64,000 nt of DNA. Origin: an uncultured Gammaproteobacteria bacterium. Its GTDB lineage: Bacteria; Pseudomonadota; Gammaproteobacteria; Magnimaribacterales; Magnimaribacteraceae. The translations under genes and the position numbers were made by a program. A model generated the notes under the pieces. The model was not told where the DNA came from and did not search any database. It saw only the letters and a list, made by a program, of their open reading frames with translations. The stretch lies in the NCBI GenBank assembly GCA_964635015.1, contig CAZWMS010000002.1, positions 647 to 64,646 on the forward strand, in the 5' to 3' direction. Position 1 is the stretch's first letter; every line of letters starts with the position of its first letter. Below are positions 28,997-37,637 of the stretch, piece by piece.

Positions 28997-29898
28997 GCTT
29001 CAGGAAATTCTACTTCTTCAACTTTAACTATTTGTCCCAAGAAAACATACTCTTGGCCAACAGTAATTATCCTGGCTGATTGAGGAAGACCTGTGATCCA
29101 AATACCTTCCAATGTATCCTCTAAAATTTCTATAGAGTTAAATTGAACTTCATTTTTTGAATCGACTGTTCTAACTCCTAATTGCCCTTCATCATCTAGC
29201 ATGAGGATGGCAGGAGAAATTCTGTGGGCTAAAACATCATCACCCTCTATGGTTAAGGAGGCGGATAAACCATCTCTGATAGATCTATCTGAATTATCAA
29301 CACTCATTTCTACCCTGAAAGTTCTAGCAGTTTTATTTGCAGACGTACCTACAAACGTTACTAAACCCTCAATTTCTTGACCTGAAATTAATTTTGCTTT
29401 AGCACTTGATCCAACTTTAATAAAAGATATATCTTTTTCTGAAACTTCTCCTATAACCAACATAGGATTGGGATCAATCAAGGTAGCACAGATTCCACCC
29501 AGATTAAGATAGTCTCCACTTTCTACATTTAGTCTTTCTAGATAACCATCAAAAGGAGCAAAAATTTTAGGATAAGCTTCTCTGCCTGCTATGTAAAGTT
29601 GGCAAATTAGATCTCCCTTCTTGACATAATCACCTTGTTTGTAAGGAGTTTTTACTACTCTACCACCAATTTCAGCCCTAACATTCACCAATTTCTCAGC
29701 TTCTGTCAAACCGCTTAATTTTATTTTCTTTGAGTGAGATTGGCCTTCACTTTTAAGAACAGTCACAGAAGATATTGTCTCTAGTTCTAGTTCAGATTTA
29801 TTAATGTATGTATCTTCTTTAAGCATTCCAGATAAAAGCCATGAAAAGGCAAAGATAAAAGCTATAAAGGCTGTTTTATAAGTTTGTTTGATTTGCAT
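28993..29898 (-). CDS. RND efflux periplasmic adaptor (membrane fusion protein)
   Basis: It has an N-terminal anchor and lipoyl-like hairpin motifs (YKQGDYVKKGDLICQL ... APFDGYLERLNVESGDYL). It is translationally coupled to the RND gene. Confidence 0.85.
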   Translation of the reverse strand: MQIKQTYKTAFIAFIFAFSWLLSGMLKEDTYINKSELELETISSVTVLKSEGQSHSKKIKLSGLTEAEKLVNVRAEIGGRVVKTPYKQGDYVKKGDLICQLYIAGREAYPKIFAPFDGYLERLNVESGDYLNLGGICATLIDPNPMLVIGEVSEKDISFIKVGSSAKAKLISGQEIEGLVTFVGTSANKTARTFRVEMSVDNSDRSIRDGLSASLTIEGDDVLAHRISPAILMLDDEGQLGVRTVDSKNEVQFNSIEILEDTLEGIWITGLPQSARIITVGQEYVFLGQIVKVEEVEFPEA

Positions 29899-29950
29899 AA
29901 GTAATTAGGTGTTATACTTAACTATAACACTAAAATACTAAAGAATAAAA

Positions 29951-31045
29951 CTATATCTGATGCTTTTTTTTCAATTCCTTAAGCTTTAGGCTCACTTCTT
30001 CTTGGGACTTCTTATTAATAGTTTTACTGGAAGGATCATTGACCCCACTTGTATCCCAACTTTTTTCTATTCTCTCTTCAAGGAGACTAATATTTTGTTC
30101 AGAATATTTCATATTTTTTTGCCATTGAAACTTTACATGTTGAAGGAATTTACTATTCCAAGAGTTGTGTGATTGACCAGTTTCTTTCCAGTAAAGAATA
30201 AACTCGGGTATGCAAGACTCTGAAAAGTCCTTAGTTATTCCTGTAAGACTTAGCACTTGAAAGAAGTCTTGACTTGGAGTCCAATCATCCGTTATAGGAA
30301 GAGGTTTATCAGAATTTTCTATTAAATTAGAAAATTTAGCCCATTGTCTCCTTGCATGAGCTATAAATTTGCTATTCCAGGTATCTGATGCCTCTCCTTT
30401 CTCACTCCAATATAGTTTAAATTCATCTACTTCTTCGTTGATAAATTCTTTCTTCACACCTGCTTTTATTAATATTTCTATGGCTTCTTGATCTGGTGTC
30501 CAATTCTTTTTTATGGGTTTTCTTTTTGCTTCTTTATATTCAGTTATTTCTTCTAAACGCCACTGCTTTATAACAAAGCGTAAAAATTTAATTTCCCATG
30601 ACCTACTTTTCTCATGTTTCTCATTATAGAAGTGTTTAAAATCTTGAATTTGATTCATAACAAAGCTTTCAGGTATACCATATTCTAAGGCTTGATTAAG
30701 TATTTGCTTATTAGGCTTCCATTCTTCTTCTAAAAAGATTTCGTCAGGAGTTGTAAAGTCAGTATATTCAGAAATTTCCTTCTTTTTTATTTTAGATTTG
30801 TTTACAAGATAGAAAGAATTTTTATTCTTTTCTTTTACTATTACACCTTTAACAACCAAGCTATCAATTGTTTTATTTAATTCATCTTTACTCCAAAAGG
30901 GCGTTTCTTGAAGTATAGATTCAAAATCAATTGATAAATCTTTGTTCTTATCCAAAAGAGAATATAAAGCTTCTAATAAAACTGACTGGTTTAGGCCTAG
31001 AGTAATAGCAGCTTCTTTAGATATAGTTATATGTTTATCTTTCAT
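29951..31045 (-). CDS. Protein with three tandem DnaT-C-terminal-like (ssDNA-binding-type) repeats
   Basis: The module W-x-P-x(n)-G(I/V)-x(n)-F-x3-W/Y-x(n)-W-x2-KF-x(n)-QW recurs three times. The copies start at W109, W182 and W255, an exact 73-aa spacing. This resembles the E. coli DnaT C-terminal domain pattern. Confidence 0.6.
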   Translation of the reverse strand: MKDKHITISKEAAITLGLNQSVLLEALYSLLDKNKDLSIDFESILQETPFWSKDELNKTIDSLVVKGVIVKEKNKNSFYLVNKSKIKKKEISEYTDFTTPDEIFLEEEWKPNKQILNQALEYGIPESFVMNQIQDFKHFYNEKHEKSRSWEIKFLRFVIKQWRLEEITEYKEAKRKPIKKNWTPDQEAIEILIKAGVKKEFINEEVDEFKLYWSEKGEASDTWNSKFIAHARRQWAKFSNLIENSDKPLPITDDWTPSQDFFQVLSLTGITKDFSESCIPEFILYWKETGQSHNSWNSKFLQHVKFQWQKNMKYSEQNISLLEERIEKSWDTSGVNDPSSKTINKKSQEEVSLKLKELKKKHQI

Positions 31046-31106
31046 AAATTGAAGTAATTTTAAAAGGGTAAATTATCCCCACTTACTTCTCAAGAGGAAC
31101 TGTTAA

Positions 31107-32156
31107 TTATTTTCTTTTTTTTACAGCTAGAGAAAGGTCTTTTAAGCAGATTTGTGTATCTTTCCAACTAATACAGGCATCTGTAATGCTCTTGCCATAA
31201 ATTAGGTCTTTTTTAGAGCCGGGACTTTGATTTCCTTCAACCAAGTTACTTTCTATCATAACCCCTGAAATTCTTTTTTCCCCTGATGATATTTGCTCAC
31301 AAATATCATCGCAGACTTCCAGCTGTTTTTTATATTGCTTCTTACTATTACCGTGGCTCATATCTATCATTATTGACTCTCTCAAACCAGCTTTTTTAAG
31401 CAAATCCCCTGCTTCTTTTATATTTTTTGAATAATAATTAGGCTTTTTCCCCCCCCTTAAAACTATATGGCAGTCTTCATTTCCAGAAGAAGAAAAAACT
31501 GCCGACTTACCCTCTTTAGTAACAGATAAGAAAATATGTGAATTTTGGGATGATTTTATAGCATCTATAGCTACTTTTATTTCTCCTTCTGTCGTATTTT
31601 TGAAACCTACTGGACATGATAACCCTGAGGTTAGCTCTCTGTGCACTTGACTTTCTGTTGTTCTAGCACCTATTGCCCCCCAGGAAATAAGGTCAGCCAG
31701 ATATTGAGGAGTAATTACATCCAGAAATTCTGTAGCAGCAGGAACACCAAGATCATTAATATCTCTTAAAAGTTGTCTAGAAACTGCTAGCCCTTTATTA
31801 ATGTTAAAAGAATTATCAAGATTGGGGTCATTTATTAATCCCTTCCATCCCACAACAGTTCGTGGCTTTTCAAAATAAACTCTCATAACTATTAATAATT
31901 CGTTTTTATATTTCCTAATTTCTTCTAATAATTTATTAGCATAATCTAGAGCTGCTTCAGGGTCGTGAATGGAGCAAGGCCCAACAACAACTATAAGTCG
32001 CCCATTCTTTTGAGAGAGTATTTCAGAAATTTCATTTCGTGATTCAAATACTAATTTTGATGAAGCTTGAGAAATAGGCAGTTTTTCTATTAAATCACTA
32101 GGAGGGGTTAATTCCTCCGTTCCGGATATTCTCAAGTTGTCAGTTTGATAAAGCAT
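31107..32156 (-). CDS. aroG: 3-deoxy-7-phosphoheptulonate (DAHP) synthase, class I-alpha
   Basis: Motifs VVGPCSIHD, RVYFEKPRTVVGWKGLINDP and IMIDMSHGNS are present. Feedback specificity (AroF, AroG or AroH) cannot be read from the sequence alone. Confidence 0.9.
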   Translation of the reverse strand: MLYQTDNLRISGTEELTPPSDLIEKLPISQASSKLVFESRNEISEILSQKNGRLIVVVGPCSIHDPEAALDYANKLLEEIRKYKNELLIVMRVYFEKPRTVVGWKGLINDPNLDNSFNINKGLAVSRQLLRDINDLGVPAATEFLDVITPQYLADLISWGAIGARTTESQVHRELTSGLSCPVGFKNTTEGEIKVAIDAIKSSQNSHIFLSVTKEGKSAVFSSSGNEDCHIVLRGGKKPNYYSKNIKEAGDLLKKAGLRESIMIDMSHGNSKKQYKKQLEVCDDICEQISSGEKRISGVMIESNLVEGNQSPGSKKDLIYGKSITDACISWKDTQICLKDLSLAVKKRK

Positions 32157-32297
32157 TAGTTATAATTTAAGAAAGGTTGAGCATTTTACATTTTTAAACT
32201 CTATATTAAAGGTTTTTATGGGTAATGAGACTCCAAAGTTAAAAATATTTATTGCTTATTAACCACTAAGATTCCAAGGAAAATAGATAAAGCCAAA

Positions 32298-33929
32298 ATG
32301 CCGCTAAATTCTATAAAGATAGGAGTAGTCCAAGAAAATCCAATTGTAGGAGACATATCTGGCAATACCTTACTGGCAGAAAAGAGAATTAAATCTTTAT
32401 TAAAAGAATCAAATCCTGATGTCATAGTTTTCACCGAAATGTTTTTAACTGGTTACCCACCAGAAGACCTTCTTTACAGGGAAGACCTGCTAACTGATGT
32501 GGAAAAATCCCTGTCATCACTTTCTAAGATTTCTCCAGAGACTTATATAGTGATGGGATACCCAAAAAAAAATAAATCTAATCTCTATAATTGTGCGGGA
32601 GTTATTTATAGGAATTTAATACTTTGCGAATACTTTAAACAAGAGCTCCCTAACTATAAAGTATTCGATGAAAAGAGATATTTCTTTCCAGGTAGGGGCC
32701 CGAGTCTATTTAAGGTTAAAGATCGGAAAATTGCTCTTACTATTTGTGAGGATTTGTGGCATACAAAAGCTATTAGGCAGGCTTCAAGAAAGGGTGCTGA
32801 ATTAGTCCTTAATCTAAATGCTTCGCCTTATCATAGAAATAAATTCTCAGATCGAAAGGAGTTAATTTCTGGTCATGCAAAGAAATTTTCCATCCCCATC
32901 GTTTATGTAAACCAAGTTGGTGGTCAGGATGAATTAGTATTTGATGGAACTTCAATGATAATTTCTCCAGAAGGAGAATGTAGTAGCTTATTTCCAAGTT
33001 TTAAGACACATTCAGAAGTAATAGATTTTAAATTTTCTGACAAATCAAACTTAACTATTACTAGTAAATCTAAACAAGAAAAGGCTTCTGAAATCGAAGA
33101 TTTATACAATGCTTTAGTTCTCGGGACTAGAGACTACATCAAAAAAAATGGATTTAAAGGAGTAATAATTGGTTCTTCGGGTGGTATAGATTCAGCATTA
33201 ACCACCACTATTGCAGTAGATGCTATTGGTTGGGAGAAAGTAAATACTTTCATGATGCCATATAAATTTACTTCAGATATTAGTATCGAAGACTCAGAAA
33301 TCTTAGCAATTAATCTAAAAATTAGTCATAAGATAATTAAGATCGAAGATATTTTTGATTCATTTGAGTTGTCTTTGAATGAAGAATTTTATGGAAGAAA
33401 AAAAGATAAAACAGAAGAGAATCTTCAATCACGGATTAGAGGTGTATTATTGATGGCTATCTCTAATAAAAAAGGATCTTTAGTTTTAACAACAGGAAAT
33501 AAAAGTGAGACTGCAGTAGGTTATTCAACTCTATACGGAGATACTGCCGGAGGATTTGCTGTTTTAAAAGATGTACCCAAAACTTGGGTATATCAATTAG
33601 CTAAACATAGGAATTCTATTTCTGAAGTGATACCTGAAAGAATAATAGAAAGACAGCCATCAGCAGAACTTGCTCCCAATCAAAAGGATACCGACACACT
33701 TCCTGATTATGCAATTCTTGATGAAATTATTGAACTATATGTTGAAAAGGACGCTAGTTTAAAAGAGATAATTTCACAAGGAATAGATAAAAAGACAGCA
33801 ACATTTGTACTTCAACTAATTGACAAGAATGAGTATAAGCGACGACAAGCTCCTCCTGGGGTGAGAATTACTGACAGAGGGTTTGGAAAGGACAGGAGAT
33901 ATCCGATAACCAATAGATACTCTCAATGA
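32298..33929 (+). CDS. nadE: Glutamine-dependent NAD+ synthetase
   Basis: The N-terminal CN-hydrolase domain (LTICEDLWH) is followed by a C-terminal NAD synthetase PP-loop (GSSGGIDSA). Confidence 0.93.
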   Translation: MPLNSIKIGVVQENPIVGDISGNTLLAEKRIKSLLKESNPDVIVFTEMFLTGYPPEDLLYREDLLTDVEKSLSSLSKISPETYIVMGYPKKNKSNLYNCAGVIYRNLILCEYFKQELPNYKVFDEKRYFFPGRGPSLFKVKDRKIALTICEDLWHTKAIRQASRKGAELVLNLNASPYHRNKFSDRKELISGHAKKFSIPIVYVNQVGGQDELVFDGTSMIISPEGECSSLFPSFKTHSEVIDFKFSDKSNLTITSKSKQEKASEIEDLYNALVLGTRDYIKKNGFKGVIIGSSGGIDSALTTTIAVDAIGWEKVNTFMMPYKFTSDISIEDSEILAINLKISHKIIKIEDIFDSFELSLNEEFYGRKKDKTEENLQSRIRGVLLMAISNKKGSLVLTTGNKSETAVGYSTLYGDTAGGFAVLKDVPKTWVYQLAKHRNSISEVIPERIIERQPSAELAPNQKDTDTLPDYAILDEIIELYVEKDASLKEIISQGIDKKTATFVLQLIDKNEYKRRQAPPGVRITDRGFGKDRRYPITNRYSQ

Positions 33930-34000
33930 GAAATATAAAAGTGAGTTTTTGGAAATAGGTAGCTATAATAAAATCCCAATACATTGAGTGTACTGGAAAA

Positions 34001-34813
34001 ATGGTTGATTTTGAGACCAAAATTCCTCGTCAAGAGGAGATGATTTTAGCTACTGTCCAAGGCAAGGGAGTGACTACCTTGCCAGAGGATCTTTATGTAC
34101 CCCCTAATGCATTAAAGATTTTTCTAGATTCTTTTGCTGGTCCCTTGGATTTCTTACTTTATTTAATTAGAAAACAAAATTTAGATATATTGGATGTTAA
34201 TGTTGCAGAGATAACGAATCAATATACTTCTTATATTGAATTAATGGAGGCTTTTCAAATAGAGTTAGCTGGAGATTATCTTGTTATGGCAGCTTATCTA
34301 GCTGAACTTAAGTCTAAAATGCTCCTACCCAGAAAAGAAGAAGAGGTTGAAGAGGAAGATCCAAGAGCAGAATTATTAAGAAGACTTCAAGAATATGAAA
34401 GATTTAAAGAAGCAGCAGAAAAACTAAACAACATTCCCAGATTAAATAGAGATTTCTTTTCAGCTGGAGCCTTATTGCCAGAATTTAAAACTGACCCACC
34501 TTTACCCAGTGTTAACCTGGAACAACTAAACATGGCTCTAAGTGAAGTGATGGAGAGACTAGAACAATCTAAAGCCCATCTTATAAATTATGAGCAACTT
34601 TCTACCAGAGAAAGAATGACACAGATTCTTGAGAGGATGAAGAGGGAGTCCTTTATTGAGTTTTCTTCTCTTTTTAGTGAAGATGAAGGGAAAATGGGAC
34701 TTATAGTCACTTTTCTAGCTATTCTGGAGTTGTTGAAAGATTCCTTGATAGAAATAGTCCAATCTGAAGAATTTGGGTCTATTCATATCAAAGGTATTAA
34801 AGAGGTACACTAA
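34001..34813 (+). CDS. scpA: Segregation and condensation protein A
   Basis: The ScpA pattern FAGPLDFLLYLIRKQNLDILDVNVAEIT is present. It is followed by scpB, with a TAATG junction. Confidence 0.9.
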   Translation: MVDFETKIPRQEEMILATVQGKGVTTLPEDLYVPPNALKIFLDSFAGPLDFLLYLIRKQNLDILDVNVAEITNQYTSYIELMEAFQIELAGDYLVMAAYLAELKSKMLLPRKEEEVEEEDPRAELLRRLQEYERFKEAAEKLNNIPRLNRDFFSAGALLPEFKTDPPLPSVNLEQLNMALSEVMERLEQSKAHLINYEQLSTRERMTQILERMKRESFIEFSSLFSEDEGKMGLIVTFLAILELLKDSLIEIVQSEEFGSIHIKGIKEVH

Positions 34814-35421
34814 TGAAATACAAACTTATTCAAATTATTGAGGCAGCTTTATTGTCAGCCTCTAGGCCACTTTCTATTTTAGACCTCCAGAAACTTTTTG
34901 ATCAGCCCGATCAACCTTCCAAAGACAAGATAAAAGAATGCCTTGAAGAGATTGAGATGCAATGTCAACAAAGGGGTATTGAGCTTAGACAGGTTTCTTC
35001 AGGATATAGACTCCAAGTCAAGCAGGACCTTTCACCTTATATTGCTAAATTGTGGGCAGAAAGACCTCAAAGATTCTCAAAAGCAATGTTAGAGACTCTC
35101 TCTCTTATAGCTTATCGTCAACCAATTACAAGGGGTGAGATAGAAGAAATAAGGGGAGTTACAATTGGTACCCAACTTATGAGGGGTCTTATGGATAGAG
35201 GATGGATTAAAATAGTAGGACAAAGAGATGTACCAGGTAAGCCTTCTCTTTATTCAACAACTAAAGAATTTTTAGATTATTTTGGATTACAACATCTTAG
35301 AGAGCTTCCAAACTTACCTAATTTGACTAATACAGATACATTGAACATGGAACTTCCCTTGGAAGCAGAAGATGTAATTGAAGAAGAAGTTTCAGAACAA
35401 GAATTACCTCCTCAAATTTAG
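34813..35421 (+). CDS. scpB: Segregation and condensation protein B
   Basis: ScpB winged-helix patterns are present (IIEAALLSASRPLSI ... ETLSLIAYRQPITRGEIEEIRGV). Confidence 0.9.
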   Translation: MKYKLIQIIEAALLSASRPLSILDLQKLFDQPDQPSKDKIKECLEEIEMQCQQRGIELRQVSSGYRLQVKQDLSPYIAKLWAERPQRFSKAMLETLSLIAYRQPITRGEIEEIRGVTIGTQLMRGLMDRGWIKIVGQRDVPGKPSLYSTTKEFLDYFGLQHLRELPNLPNLTNTDTLNMELPLEAEDVIEEEVSEQELPPQI

Positions 35422-35441
35422 ATACTTATTTTTTTAGAAAT

Positions 35442-36161
35442 ATGAAAGAAAGGATTCATAAGATCCTCTCAGGTTTTGGGGTTGGTTCGAGAAGAGAAAT
35501 AGAATCTTTAATAAAGCAAGGGAGGGTTTTTATAAATGGTAATAAAGCTAATTTGGGACAAAAAATTTCTATAAAAGATAAAGTCAAAATAGATAATAGA
35601 ATAATTTCTTTTCCAAAATTTCAATTTCCTCTACGGATAATTATTTATAACAAGAGAATTGGAGAGGTTTCAACAAGAAAAGATCCTCAAGGAAGGTCCA
35701 CAATTTTTGATTCTCTTCCAGAATTAAGAGATTCTAGATGGATTTCTGTTGGTCGTTTAGATATTAATACTTCAGGTTTAATGCTATTTACTAATAAAGG
35801 AGAAATAGCAAATAAACTTATGCACCCTTCATCAAGAATAGAAAGAGAATATATTGCAAGAGTCCAAGGGGAAGTAAAGGAAGAGCACTTAAGGAAATTA
35901 ACAGAAGGAATAGAACTCGAAGATGGACTAGCAAGATTTACTGATATACAGAGAGGAAGGGGGGGCAAGACAAACCAATGGTTTGCCATGGTTATATTGG
36001 AAGGCAGAACAAGAGAAGTAAGAAGGTTGTGGGAAAGCCAAGGATTCCAAATTTCAAGACTTAAAAGAGTTAGAATGGGAAATATTTTTCTTCCAACAAA
36101 TTTAAGTCTGGGAAAATTTAAAGATCTAAACGAAGAAGAAATTAAACACTTATTGTCTTAA
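35442..36161 (+). CDS. rluB: 23S rRNA pseudouridine synthase B (RsuA/RluB family)
   Basis: The N-terminal S4 domain is followed by the catalytic motif VGRLDINTSGLMLFTN. The scpA-scpB-rluB order is conserved. Confidence 0.88.
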   Translation: MKERIHKILSGFGVGSRREIESLIKQGRVFINGNKANLGQKISIKDKVKIDNRIISFPKFQFPLRIIIYNKRIGEVSTRKDPQGRSTIFDSLPELRDSRWISVGRLDINTSGLMLFTNKGEIANKLMHPSSRIEREYIARVQGEVKEEHLRKLTEGIELEDGLARFTDIQRGRGGKTNQWFAMVILEGRTREVRRLWESQGFQISRLKRVRMGNIFLPTNLSLGKFKDLNEEEIKHLLS

Positions 36162-36193
36162 CTCAACAAAACAAATTTTGTAAATGAAGAAGT

Positions 36194-36856
36194 CTAGTTT
36201 TTTAGCTCTGGTATAAAATTTTTAATATCTTTAGGAGATTTAGCTATGTACTCCGCATTCCATTTTTTTGGAGATTGATCTTTGGGAATATAACCGTAGG
36301 CAGCTGCAATTGTAATCATATTTGCTTTTTTTCCTGCTTCTATATCAATTAAATGGTCTCCAACATAGAATGAAGCACTTGGTCTTGACCCAGTAATTTG
36401 GCAAGCTTTTATTAGACCTTTTGGGCTGGGCTTTCTTTCTCCACTGATTTCAGGAGTTATCAGAAAATTAGGTTTTTGGTCTCTAAAAAAATGATTAACA
36501 ATTTTTTTTGAATAGACTTCAGGTTTATTTGTCACGATTCCCCACTTTAATCCGGCGCTGCTTATTTTCTCTAAAAGGTCTTGGATACCATCAAAAGGAG
36601 TGGTGTTTATTAAGCAACAAGAGTCGTAAAGTTCTAATAATTCTTTATTAAGAAGTTCTAAGTTTTTTTCTTTAGCTTGTGATTCAAATGCAAATCTAAT
36701 TAGGTTAAGTGCCCCTTCTGAAACTCTACTCTTAATATCTTCATACTCAGAAGGAGGTAAACCATAATGAGATTTCAGTTTATTAATAGCAAAGTGAAAA
36801 TCCTTTGCAGTGTCTAAAAGAGTACCATCAAGATCAAAGCTTATAAGGTCAGTCAT
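36194..36856 (-). CDS. HAD-IA hydrolase (phosphoglycolate phosphatase / MupP-like)
   Basis: HAD motifs FDLDGTLLDT, VTNK and VGDHLIDIEAG are present. It lies downstream of ubiG, like the Pseudomonas gph/mupP gene. Confidence 0.8.
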   Translation of the reverse strand: MTDLISFDLDGTLLDTAKDFHFAINKLKSHYGLPPSEYEDIKSRVSEGALNLIRFAFESQAKEKNLELLNKELLELYDSCCLINTTPFDGIQDLLEKISSAGLKWGIVTNKPEVYSKKIVNHFFRDQKPNFLITPEISGERKPSPKGLIKACQITGSRPSASFYVGDHLIDIEAGKKANMITIAAAYGYIPKDQSPKKWNAEYIAKSPKDIKNFIPELKN

Positions 36857-36858
36857 TT

Positions 36859-37557
36859 TTATCCATCTTTTACATGCATCATATAATTAACTCTTATATC
36901 TTGGCTTAAATAATAATGATCAGTTAAAGGGTTGTAGCTTAATCCAACTGTTTTCAATAAACTTAATTTATTGGATCCAACCCATCCCATTATTTCTGAT
37001 GGTTTAATAAATTTGGAATAATCATGGGTTCCTTTTGGCAATAATTGAAGGACATACTCCGCTCCTATGACAGAAAAAAGATAAGATCTAAGATTCCTAT
37101 TGATAGTAGATAAAAATATGTCTCCACCTCTTTTTAATAACTGAGAACAATCTTGAATTATTTTAGAAGGATCTGGAATATGTTCCAATAATTCTAGACA
37201 TGTGATGACATCAAAATCTTTATACTTTCCTTCTTTTAAAAGCTGTTCAGTGGAACTTTTTAAGTAGGTGACCTTACTTCCTACTTTCTTGCCATGAATT
37301 TTTGCGGAAAGGACAGTTTTCTCAGATAGATCAATACCTATAACTTCTGCTCCTAGTTTAGAAATTGCTTCAGACAAGATTCCTCCACCACAACCAACAT
37401 CTAGTACTTTTTTACCTTGTAAAGCTACTATTTCTGATATGAATTTAACCCTTAGCGGATTAATTTGATGAAGGGGTTTAAACTTTCCTTCTTCATCCCA
37501 CCACTCACTGGCAGAAGCTTCAAATTTTTTTATTTCTTCTTTATCTAGATTTTCCAT
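36859..37557 (-). CDS. ubiG: Bifunctional ubiquinone biosynthesis O-methyltransferase UbiG
   Basis: The SAM motif VLDVGCGGGILSE is present, with the UbiG-type C-terminus. Length is 232 aa. Confidence 0.9.
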   Translation of the reverse strand: MENLDKEEIKKFEASASEWWDEEGKFKPLHQINPLRVKFISEIVALQGKKVLDVGCGGGILSEAISKLGAEVIGIDLSEKTVLSAKIHGKKVGSKVTYLKSSTEQLLKEGKYKDFDVITCLELLEHIPDPSKIIQDCSQLLKRGGDIFLSTINRNLRSYLFSVIGAEYVLQLLPKGTHDYSKFIKPSEIMGWVGSNKLSLLKTVGLSYNPLTDHYYLSQDIRVNYMMHVKDG

Positions 37558-37637
37558 GTTTATAAAAGACTAAGGAACCTTTTTCCATATTGTGTTAAAT
37601 TAATGTAAAGCCCAACATTAATTAACAGTTCTTAAAA

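Noticed and set aside
21586-31045. I considered whether the receptor, dehydrogenase, RND pump, MFP and DnaT-like block is a horizontally acquired genomic island.
   Set aside because: There is no flanking tRNA, direct repeat, integrase or transposase. No compositional break is visible by eye, and the genes are co-directional and tightly joined to the core xseB-ispA-dxs operon. I treat it as an accessory module, not a demonstrable island.
32249-32434. A 61-aa minus-strand ORF lies across the nadE start. There is also a 14-codon plus-strand mini-ORF (MGNETPKLKIFIAY) in the aroG/nadE divergent spacer.
   Set aside because: There is no RBS or conservation evidence. The first overlaps the nadE coding sequence, and the second is too short to support from sequence alone.
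36168-36183. The sequence ACAAAA-caaa-TTTTGT lies between the convergent rluB and HAD genes and was considered as a bidirectional terminator.
   Set aside because: The stem is 6 bp and almost entirely A-T, so it is too unstable to call.
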